From contig OZ076420.1 in NCBI GenBank assembly GCA_964187785.1, forward strand, positions 40,424,001 through 40,488,000: a stretch of DNA of 64,000 bases, in the 5' to 3' direction. The stretch comes from Amphiscolops sp. MND2022. Its lineage: Eukaryota. Below, piece after piece: positions 12,334 through 23,500 of this stretch (position 1 is its first letter; each line of letters starts with the position of its first letter). The notes under the pieces were generated by a model that worked only from the letters and a program-made list of their open reading frames with translations, searched no databases and was not told the DNA's origin. Both the position numbers and the translations under genes were made by a program.

Positions 12334-12633
12334 TTGTCTATTTAATCACGTTTACTTTGCTCCTTTATCACACTTTACAATTTTATTATTATTTTTAGCA
12401 ATAACAGACTGGATTTTTGTGTAGAAGTTTCTTTGCTCCAATACACATGTAAAAATTGTTTACAAAGGAATCTCTTCGATCCTTTCGCAAATAAATAATT
12501 TTTGGAGTTTTGTTGCTCCTTTGAAATGGACAGTTTCTGCGTATTTAAGCCTTAACACGGAATGTTAAATTCCAAGGCAGCAGGCGAGGTGAAATATGGG
12601 CTTTCCATTTTCTTGCGAAACCTCGCTGGGATC

Positions 12634-12858
12634 GTGCAATTTAAGGAACACTCGTGTGTCAGAAATAAATTTCTTCCACGGAACCCGCACACGCTAATAC
12701 CGAAGCTAGCGTAAGTGGATACTGTTTAGACTCAGTACCAAGAGTTGTGCAATTTAAGGAACACTCGTGTGTCAGAAATAAATTTCTTCCACGGAACCAG
12801 CACACGCTAATACCGAAGCTAGCGTAAGTGGATACTGTTTAGACTCAGTACCAAGAGT
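12634..12858. repeat. 113-bp tandem duplication in the 5' leader
   Basis: 12634-12746 and 12747-12858, one mismatch (cccgcac / ccagcac). Confidence 0.95.
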
Positions 12859-12869
12859 ATGAAATTTTG

Positions 12870-12993
12870 TTTAGTATCTGCTTTAGATACTAAATGTTGT
12901 CAAAAAGTGAATTTTTGTTTAATATCTGCTTTAGATATTAAATGTTGCACAAACAGTTGTTATTTTTCAAGAAATATTTGCTTTAAATATTTC
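12870..12993 (-). other. Three stem-loops with identical AAAGC loops in the 5' leader
   Basis: Perfect 10, 10 and 9 bp stems at 12870-12894, 12918-12942 and 12971-12993 with compensatory changes. Confidence 0.85.
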
Positions 12994-13087
12994 AATTTTG
13001 CAAGATAAAACCCACCACGGGGAAAAGATTTTTGTTTTGTACGCTCGGTTTTATGGTCGTACAAATTGCGGTGTGAAATTGTTCTTT

Positions 13088-13102
13088 GCTCTGGTCGCAC
13101 CA
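13088..13102 (-). promoter_or_regulatory. Primer-binding site (TGGTGCGACCAGAGC), tRNA not assigned
   Basis: TGG motif 2 nt after the CA end of the 5' LTR. Confidence 0.7.
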
Positions 13103-13104
13103 GA

Positions 13105-13611
13105 TGTTGTAAACCGGTGTTTTGGTTACTTAGTACTCGCTTTCTAACCTAAGCAATAAGTCTCAAAAAGTGTTACGAAAAGGAAGATAAATTAAAACTG
13201 GAGGTTTACAGTAAGTAGAATTTTGTTAAGTCCTGCAAATCGCTGACTTGTAAAATTTATAATGTTCTGTCAATTTTGGGACTCTTTGTCCTTTCAATTT
13301 TGGGGGATTTTCAGAGAGCAAGAGAGAAGGAAAATTGAGAGAAGAGAAAAGAGTTGTTGCTTTCTCAGTGTTCCGCGTTGGAATTGGTACCTGTCTTTCT
13401 CTTTCCAGCTCAGGACAGTTCTACTGTCGCGTGGCTTTTTCCTATTGGCTGAGCATTAAAGGAATTTGGGAATTCCAATTTCCTTTTAGCGCGTTGCTAT
13501 TCGCTTAGAAAATAAAATGCTCTAATAATTCCGCTTTGGAAATTATTATGTCTCTGAGTCAATTTCCTCTGTTGGGAAAATGAACTAAATTAGAAATAGC
13601 GCATTGCTACA
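13105..13611 (-). repeat. 5' LTR of Gypsy element 1 (507 bp)
   Basis: Direct repeat of 1309-1814; followed by the PBS on the - strand. Confidence 0.97.
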
Positions 13612-14150
13612 AATGTTATGCAAATCGTCCATGCTTACTTTTTCCAGACTTCTATCGTCACGTGTTTGTCACCAATTCTGGTAGCAGAGAGGCAGTGATG
13701 CCCGATATCTAGTTCAATTTCTCGTAGCAGCGATGCAGCTCTTTTACAGAGACGAATGTTGATTATTCGTACGCCTAGAGCTTCTCCTGCATTCAAATAC
13801 GAATGCGGAACGTCATATACGCTTAGTGGGTTTATTTTTTATTCAGGCAACAAAGCTCATAGCCCGAGAAGAATCAAAGATAGTGTAAACTGGTACAGTG
13901 ATTAATTACGCGCTATATATTGAATTAACAGGAATGTATAGTTTTTTCAGATGTTTTTATTGTTGAATCTAAAGCAGAAATATTACTGAGCCTCGCAGGT
14001 GTCGATTGTTTTAAATTCTGATGTATGTTTTGACTTAAAATAAGTCCCTTGAATTCTCAGGTTGTACATGTCCTGATCTTGTAGAAAACACTAGTGCAGC
14101 CTAGTTTTTTTCCAAAGCCCTTCTCACTACGAGCGCCTATTGTTTTACAG

Positions 14151-14179
14151 TTTCGCTCATTCCGGTTCACCCTCCATAG
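14151..14179 (+). CDS. RECK: Candidate RECK micro-exon (FRSFRFTLHS)
   Basis: TTTTACAG acceptor, GT donor, phase 0-2 bridges 661 to 14381. Confidence 0.35.
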
Positions 14180-14380
14180 GTATCTTGCCATGATCATTGA
14201 ATAATCTTGGGTATTTTTTTGCAAAAAGCTTGCCGTGGTACTCATGTGGCCATGGTAAGATTTTGTAAAGACATGTTTCCGAGAAAAATTTTGTGGGAGG
14301 CAATTTGCAAATATGAGGGTTAAACCAGTCGGTACCAATTTTTTCTTGACTTGTGGTCTACAACACTTTTGTTATTTCAG

Positions 14381-14508
14381 CGGTTTAGTTACTCAGAGTA
14401 CTGAACAGTTACATAACACATTAGAGACAATCACGGAGTGTCTTGAGGTCACTGGGAGTGAACTGACCACCATCTTAGAAGACCTCCAGTACCACAAAGG
14501 AACAGAAT
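14381..14508 (+). CDS. RECK: RECK exon (end of a CC domain)
   Basis: CAG/GTTAGT boundaries, ITECL; phase joins the 15609 exon. Confidence 0.65.
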
Positions 14509-17500
14509 GTTAGTTATTTTACATAATACTTTTTAGTCGGCGCTTTTCTATTGAAAATTGCCCGACTCTTACAGTGGCTAGTTTTTTTGTCAGACTACAA
14601 TCTCACTCTGATTGGACCACTTTTCTTACAATCGAAACTACTAAAACTACTACAATAAGGCCAAGTCCGTTCAGCGGAAATTAGTGCAAAAGGGTCCCTT
14701 TCATTTTTTACTTTTTAAAGTTACCTACAAAACCGGACGAGACTAAAGGGTCCCCCCTTCGATTTTTTTCGGCATTGTGCGACTTTTTTTCGAAAATTTT
14801 TTAATGTCTCAAAAGAGTCCCCCTTTCGAGTTTTTTGATATTTTGCAACAGAATATATGTTAATAAAGCCCAAAGGGTTCCCCTTTTACATTTTTCGGCA
14901 CTATGCGACATTTTCTGAAAGAAAAAAATCAAAAATTTCAAGTTTTTTTTTAAAAAGTCTTTTTGAGCCTTAGATATAGCGCTGACTTTAGACGTTCCCA
15001 TCTTGTTTTGTTAACAACTTTTAGGGGATGTTTAAACCTGCAATCAAGAATTGATGACTAGATTATCCGAGAAATCGTTTTTCTTATCGAGATTAGCTCT
15101 GTGTTGATCTTTGCTCTGCACTTTCAGTGTCAATCAGTTTCAATCTTTCACTTCCCAGCATGAACGCAACCAAGCGTTCTGGAAAACTTTTCTGATCATT
15201 TTAACACATCGATGCATCACCTTTCGGTATTTCCGGCTTTGCAATTTTGAAAGTTTCTGTAATAGATTATTCCTGAACCTGATTGACGCGGTATCATATT
15301 GACCATTCAGCAATACACTTATTTTGATTTTCAAATTGCTATTCAACTTTTTGTTTTCAACTCTTTTTTCAATTCGCTTTTTCTTCAAAAGGACCGTGTG
15401 TTATGAAACCCAGTTCATGTTGAAAAAACTGTCCAGGGAGGGCATGTCGGAGAACATTACGATGTCATATAGGTAGCAAGCTGCGGAGCCTCCTTACAGT
15501 GATAATAACGGTCTCCTAGAAATTAATATTGAAAATGTTATGCCGAGGAAAATTTACAAATTAAATTAAGTAAAAATTGATTTTGAAAAGTGTGGTATTT
15601 TTTTCCAGACTCCGGGTGCTGTGATGAGATATCTGGGCGCAACTATCACACGTGGACCTGTTCGTTAAACAAGTGCAGGGGCTTCTTGAACACTTTGGAC
15701 GTGAGGTTGTCATATGAGAACATGCGCGAGGAATGTATAGACCCCAAAAAAGGAGCCTCTGCCTTCGTCAAATCAGACGAAGAGGAAGCTATGCTACATC
15801 TCAAAAGCTGCTTGAAAGTCGAAGGTTCCACTCTTCAAAGTTTTGTTGTACCTATTCCAAAAATGCATGATTTTTTTATTATCTTTATCGTTTGCAGCTC
15901 AAACACTTCACATTAGCATTCAGATCGAGTCTTCCTTCTTTCGTTCTTAAGCTTTACGCAGAATTGGCATTTTTGAATGCGAATTTGCAACATTGGTTCA
16001 AGAAGCATTCAAAAACTTCATGGCGTTCAATGCCGGAAAAATTCTTACTTAAAATTAAGAGTATCCTTGAAGAGTATTTACTAGGAGCTGTGACGTGTTT
16101 GTGCATGCAGGAATTCTGACTAAAGGTTTTTTGAATACTTTTATTGCAGAATTGAACCAGTCGCCCAGAATAGGACAGGTTCCTGTAGATTCGTCTTTGA
16201 ATCTGACGATGACGTTGCCAAGAATCAATGGATTCGGGCACTACTGTTGTCAGTTTGTTCCATCCAATGAAATTAGCTGCCGCAATCAATGCGAAAAGGT
16301 AAGTTTGCTTGCTTGCACCCTTGCGGAAAAACTGACATTTCCATGATTTATTACTGAATTCTTTAACTGAATTGAACTACAGTTCTGTGAAAAAGCAGTT
16401 GGACAAAAAGCACAATGATTTGAATTGAAAAGTCTGCTGAAAACTCAGAAAGCTTTGAAATTCATTGAATATTAGCGAAATAAAAGATTCTCGAAGTTAG
16501 CTTTCGAATTTTCATCACCAATAGACATATTTACAGTATATTACTTTGTACTGTAATAAGTACTTTGTACTCATGTAATTTGTACTTATTACTTTGTACT
16601 CATGTAATAAGGGCAAAAATAGTATTTTCTCTTACTATACCAAACCCCGGTTTCAGTACGCGCTGTCCTTATTTGCCTTTTATAAAGAGGAAGTAAGAAA
16701 AGATAAAGAGAGTATATTACTTTGTACTGTGACGAAATAATTACTTTGACGATAGAACTGAAAGAGCCTGTCAAAAATTTTGTAATTATAGTAAACGGAG
16801 ACTTCTATAGATCAAACAATAAACTCTTGACATCTCGAGGAAAATCAACGAGAATTTAACTTCAAGCTGTTCTTTTTAGTCGGCGCTTTTATTAGTAAAA
16901 GAGTCCGACTATTACAATCACTCGTTTTTTAAGACAGACTCGAAGCGACGAACGTTAACGTTCAGTATGTTCAACTAAAGGAAACTAAACGAATACCCGG
17001 GAAACGCATCTAAGTTATTCCAAAGGGTCCCCCTTTGGTTTTTTACTTTTTTAACGTAACCTACAAAACCGGACGGGACTTTCGATTTTTTTCGGCACTA
17101 TGGGACTTTTTTCGATTTTTTTTGTCTCCAAAGGGTCCCCCAATTGTATTTGAGCCTTAGGTATAGCGCCGACTTGAGACGTTCCGTATTGTTCTTTCAA
17201 TCCATAAATTGATGTCTCCTTTCAAACCGTTTCGAGGGAAAACTTCAATTTTATTTATTGCTCTTAATGCCCTATCCAACGTATAACCCTTTTAGAACTG
17301 CGATGCGGAAGCTTTTCTTTCGTTGTCAAATCAAGACTATGTTTGAAGTTTGTTCTGTTCAAACCGCTCCAGCCAAAAACTTCCAATTTTACTTAAAATC
17401 AGTCAATTGTAATTTTCACAATTTTTAGCCGGCGCTTCATGAAGTGAAACGCGACTAATATAGTGGCTTTTCTTTTTAGTCGGCGCTTCATGAAGTGAAA

Positions 17501-20500
17501 CGCGACTATTATAGTGGCTTTTCTTTTTTTTTCAATCCACACGAACTGGCCAAAATAGTTCTTAAAAGTTCTACAAAATATTATTGAACCAAATTGCACC
17601 ATTTGGCTTAGCGAACTGAACCAAAAATGTTTTTTTTTTCCCGTTTTTCCGCGTAACATACCATACCGGGCGAGACCAAAGGGTCCCACCTTTCAATTTT
17701 TTTCGGCACTGTGAGACTTTTTTTGCGGAAATTTTTTCCCCAAAGGGTCCCCCCTTCAATTTTTTTGCTGTTTTGCGACAGAATGTTGGAAAATCCCAAA
17801 GGGTCCCCCTTTTCAGTTTTTCGGCATTGTGAGACTTTTCGAAAATTTGTTTTTTCTCCAAAGGGTCCACCCTTCAACTGCGACAAAGATGTTGACAATT
17901 TCGGGAGTGTCCCCCTTTTAGCGCGCCAGGGGCTCGCGCTAGCGGGCCCCGGCGCGCCACTCGGTTCATATTTTTTGCTTTTTCGATTTTCGAGTACTGT
18001 AATTTGACACTTGGAAGTCCTTTTGCTATTTTTGAGCCTTGGATATCGCGCCGACTTGGGCCGGTCCCGGCTTGTTCAATTGTATTTTTCACAATTTTTG
18101 TCTATAATTTTTTCAAAAGGTAATGTAAACTAGAGTATTTTCTTAATCTTTCTCTCGATTTTAAAAAAAACATCGACTGATTTCGAGAAAACTGAGCCTA
18201 AAATGGCCTGGGGGTTGATTTCCTAATCACAGCACGGTATTATAGTTTCTGCGATAGCAGGAATAATACAGAAATTGTAAGGATGAGTTTTTTTAAGATG
18301 AGTATATTCGTTGACTTAGTACCTACTGAAACAATAAAGATTGATATTTTGTTCAGCAGTGAGTATGAGCGTGAGATATAACTTTCTAAGCTGCCGACGA
18401 CATAATCTTTGACATAAAGCGAGCGTCCGCCACCGCATTAGGGAAGTGAACGAGTGTTGAATTTTAGTTCGCTGATAGTTTCGCCTGTATTCAAATACGA
18501 ATGCGAAACGTCATGATACTTGTTGATACATTGTATGTTTTCATTTATGAAATTTTAAGTTAATGATTATAGTAGCCTGAAACAGAAATAGAGCCCCACA
18601 GTGGCCTATTTTCAAAAGTTGTGATCTGGAAGCCCGCTCGTCATCTGAATAGCTATGAGAATATCATTTTCAAACTTCTTCAATATTGCTCACAGAAACC
18701 AAGTAGAACGTTTTTCAAAACTAGATGAAATACCAAGAAACAACAGCTATTTTGAGTTTTTGGGAGCAATTGCATGTTAAGTTTACTAGAATAACTCTTA
18801 TGTCCAATTTCCTTTTCACAGCTCTGTACCCGTATGCCAGTATACCCGAATGAACTATGATACCATTTTAAATTTTTTGTCATCGAACATATCGGCTCAT
18901 AATCCTCACATAATTTGAATTGTTAAATAGAAGATCCTACAGACCATTCAAACAGTTCCTTTGAGTTGTTTTCACCAACTTTCAAAATGCAGGTTTGAAA
19001 AGTTGCTGAGTTATTGATGAATCACAGAAAAAGCCGACAAACTTCCGAACGGTTTTGAAAAACCGAAGATGCAGTAGTTTCAGTAATGGCTCCCCAATTC
19101 AAGGCTTTTGAATGCGCACGAATATACGGAACTGTGATTGAGAAATCGCCCTCTCTAAGTGAAAAGATTCTAAATCAAGACTTCGCGGAAAATATTAATC
19201 CTAATGCATGTAAAATGCAGATTTTCATATCTTTTGATCCTGATATTTCTAGAACGGTTGAATATTTTTGCAACTAAAACATAACCATGGCTGCGGTAGA
19301 TTTGGGGACTTGATCGAGTATAAAAATTGCCAAAAATAGTGCATCTCTGCATTGTAAAAACTAAACATCTTTGCTTAGTCATTCAAATACTTGTAAATCT
19401 TTTCGATCATTAGTCACTTGGGTATTAAATTTGACGTATTTTGTACAATTCAATAAGACTGAATGTCATTCTTGCTCAGCTGAGCATTGCCTGAAATTTG
19501 AATCACCTGGCTCCACGGGTGAACAATGGTTCATGGTAACATAAAACCGTCCTATTGACGAGATAGTACGTAATTTAGACCAAACAAAGGGGATAAGTAA
19601 TATGATGAAATGTCTTGACCTTCGTTTTTAAGGAGCTTTGCTTTGATTATCACAATCAAATAGAACTTCTCAAACAGTATTGTCAAATTCGCATATTTTT
19701 TACACGTGCATTGTGAGATTGAGATGAGAAAACATTACTTGGAACCAGGGTTTTGACATCGCTAATTTTTTTCGCTAATCGCTAAACCGCTAATTTTAAA
19801 ATCGCTATTTCGCTGAAAAGCTTTTTCTACAAACTATTAAATGTTCAACTTCAAGTATGTTTTAAAATGTAGTTTTGCCAGAAAAAAAGACTAGAATTTT
19901 TCATACTGTGTAGGTTTTACAAGGATAAGAGTTGGAATTTTTCAAAATTCATTCAAAAACTCTTTATACTCAGAAGAAACTTTGAAATTGGACAATCTAT
20001 TAGTTGCCGCTAATTTGAACCGCTAATAAAATCGCTGAAAAAATTCTGCACGGCCGCTAATTCGCTAAATCGCTGATTAGCGGTGTCAAACCTCTGCTTG
20101 GAACCCTAGAACCTCTATAAAACCTGAAATTTTATGGTTCCCATTGGGTTCAGATTCCTTAATGTTCCAGATTGGGTGATCGGAAGTTGCGATGCAAAAT
20201 TTATGGCACCGTGCGTCAGATGTTGGGTGGGGTTTGATAAGAAGTGGGTTGGAATTTTCAAGGGTTTTGTGAGGATTTGAAGGGCGGTTGTCAAATGAAG
20301 ATACAAGAGGTGGTGCTTCCAGACGGGAACTGCATTGCAGTTGAGAAAAGGGCTGGGGCTAGAGAGAGGTTATAAGTGCGGGAAAGTGAAGGAAGCTGAG
20401 AGGTCTAGAGAGAAAATAAAAGCATGCAAGTGGGTTTGTAAAGAGCTTTGTCTGGGAATGAAGTCATTACTAAGTTGGTGGAGATTATTAGCGAATTTTG

Positions 20501-23500
20501 TTTGACGTGTTTTAGTTACACTGTGTTATATCACAGCTGGAGTTTCAGTTGAAAATTAAATAATGTTGTCAAATTTGTCTCGACTACAATATGCCCTGCC
20601 CCCAAATTCCGCCTACCTTAAGCCTGAGACAGCCGCAACCAGCCCCCCGACAGATAGGCAACGGTAGCCCCACATTCAATTTTTATGTATACAGTGTGTC
20701 AAACAAATTGACCATAATCACAGCTCATTAGCACACAACAAGCAAAATATAAAAGCGCCATTCTCTCGAAACAAGACAAATTAAGTCGAGAATAAAAATG
20801 AGCTTCAATCCTGACAGTATGATTTTTGAATACTACCATGCATGCTTCTATCTTTCCAGCCTTGTTTTGGTTTCCATTCTACAATTCAAAACATCGCATA
20901 AGTACAAGGTATTTCTTATTACTAACCCCGTCAGCTAACCCAACCCCCCTAAAACACCCGCCCCTCCCCCTACAAGGCTGTCAGATTGAAGGAAGCACCG
21001 TTGCCACGTCATGAATCATTCAGAGACGACAGCTCAAGGTACAAAGTACACGCTGGGACACGCTGAATAGTTGCAGCGAGTTTCGCCCATGGTAAGAATG
21101 AAGAAGCGCCGTTTTGCCGAGCTCTTCAGTTTTCTGTGAAATCAGTCAAGCTAAACCAACTGTCAGTTTTATTATGACAAAATTTACAGAATTAGACTTT
21201 AGTAGCCCGCCTACAAAGCGGCCAAATGGAAATATTTGCCTCTAAGCAGGTGATCAAACCACAAAATAGGTCTGATATAATTGTCTTGAGATTACTTCAG
21301 GCCGTAGACAAACATTCACTCGTGCAATGTCCCTACAGGTCTATTATGCTTATTATGTTGGCGATTTGCTCCCTAAACGTGGAGCCTAAGATAACCAATG
21401 TTGCTAAGAGAGCTCCACAGAAGTGACATACCAACCAAGTAGCCAGAAGTTTGCTCAGCGTCTGACAACAAATCTGGTTTACCCAGAAGTGTAAATGTAA
21501 TTGACTTGCACACTACTGTACATGACAAGATACAAGTCTCAGGAATGTGACAGTAATCAACATGAAGGGTGAAACTATTTGCGTATTTGATCATTTTTAG
21601 TAGAACCCAAAGAGGTACTGTACTCAATAGAGAGGGCGGCTTTTATTTTCGATTTCAGCCTTTCGAGGAAGCAATATCATAAATTTAAAACTGAAATTGG
21701 TATAAAATTGTTTTTTAAAATTGACAGCCACAAATTTCACCAGCAAAAAACGGCTAACAAACTGAAATTCAATTCATTTTAATGTAGAATTGTTTTTTTA
21801 GAAGAAATTCCGTTGGGTGAAGGTGACCCAACTTCGTCTTTGAGTTGTTTTGATTTCTTAAAAGCTGTCTTCAAACTTCATCGTTTTTGTTGAAAGTTTG
21901 ACCTTTTGTAGATTTTCGACAAGCCGGGGTCAAGCACAGCAAGTGGAGCCCAAGTGCTGGCAGAGACGTTCGACCTGCAATGTGGCCAGAAGATTGGGAT
22001 GCAGAGAGCTTCCTCTTGTGTGCAGAATGTCATCGCCGGACAGTGCCGACCTGGGTGTTCACGCATGAACTTTTGCTCTTCTTTCAATAACAAGTTAGTG
22101 TAATGTGGGTTTTTCTAAAAAAAACAAATTAAAAAAAAATTTAAATGAAGATATCACAATAACATTAGTATAAAAATAAAGTCATCAATGAAACGCGGTA
22201 AAATCCATAGGATCAAAAAATAAAAAAAAATAAAATGGGAGACATCTGCCTAGGATCCAGTCCGCAAAAGGTATTTTCAAAAAGTATTCGTTCGACTGGG
22301 GTGTCCCTGAGGAATTGCCCCTTCCTCGAGGGGTTCGAGAGCTTACTCAGAATTTTTTTGATATTTTCTGCTTGCTGATTCATAATGTGATCTTTTCAAG
22401 AAAGATTTCTCAAGCTTAGCAAATACACAATGAAACGCGCGAAAATTCTGACACTTTTTTCTGTCTTTTTGGTTCATTTCAAGCACTTTTTTCTGTGTAA
22501 AGTATGGAAAGTAGATAACTGTTTTGTTGTTCAACTCAAAAAGTTTTTAAAAGTTTTCAAAAATTGTTCCAAATTCGCATACAACGTTCGAAATAGAAAA
22601 AATGGAATTTTTCCACTTTTTTGGGTAACTTTGATATTTTTATTTTCAAAAAAATTCGATTGTCTCCTCAAATACAAATGCTACGAACCTGAAAGAACCT
22701 CTATCTTCTAAGTATAAAATTGGATAATTGCAAAATGGGGAAAACGCGGCTGGTAGATCAATGAAAACAATGAAAATAGGATATTCTCCAAAATTCAAAA
22801 TGCAATCCCAACCAGTAATAGTATATGTAGGTCTTTGCTTGAGGTCTGCCCTGTTTCAGAAAACTCATACTAATATTTAACCTTTTGACCTTTTCCAGAC
22901 CAAGCTTCACGTTCCGGAGGTGCACGGATATGGCTGATCAGGCAGCCAGTCTTCTTTACCAGCAGTGGACCCGCAGAAACGAGCTGGCTTTCGACCACCT
23001 CGAGAGTTCCGAGACTTCCTCCGATGCAGACACCGGCCCCAACATGTACATGAACCCCGCAGACGTTGGCTCCCCTCGAATACCCCTCAAAGACATTTCA
23101 AACTGCGAGCCGCTTGTCTTCAAAGCAGTCGCCTGTGCTCTTACCATAAAGCCTTGCTCCAAAACCCAGACTTCCCGAATTTGCTCGTGAGTTCCCAGCA
23201 TTCCCTCTTTTCAGTAATGCATGCAGTTTAATGTTGTTAGGGAATAAGTTTAATAGTTGTTAAGGAATAAGTTTAATAGTTGTTAAGGAATAATTCAAGC
23301 CTGAATAATTCACGAACTATTAGTTGATTGAATTAAGTAAAAATTCCAAAGGGTCATCATATACCAAGTTTTGCATCATTTAGGTTGTCTATGACGGCTT
23401 TTTGTGGAGTTGAGAAAAATCGCTATATTACCATGAGGTTTAGAACTAAATTTGTTTAACCTACCAATTGAATGGGATTTTTTTCAAAAAATTATTTGGT

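Larger units (their letters stand above)
1309..13611 (-). mobile_element. Full-length Ty3/Gypsy LTR retrotransposon with env (retrovirus-like), 12.3 kb
   Basis: LTRs at 1309-1814 and 13105-13611, TG...CA ends, one localized difference. 4-bp TSD AATG (1305-1308 / 13612-13615). Order gag, PR, RT, RH, IN (Gypsy), then env and an extra ORF. Confidence 0.97.

Noticed and set aside
12634-12993. CRISPR-like array
   Set aside because: Eukaryotic retroelement leader; no unique spacers of constant length and no cas genes.
13088-13104. Tf1-like self-priming instead of tRNA priming
   Set aside because: No complement of the PBS found in the LTR.
17399-18092. ORFs with KGGPF/KGDP repeats (also 14801, 32946, 35704)
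   Set aside because: Translations of the HINE internal minisatellite.
16299-21911. Extra RECK exons (e.g. EHCLKF near 19490, CKELC near 20440)
   Set aside because: 16298 joins 21912 in phase and completes a CC domain; the candidates lack convincing boundaries or contain stops.
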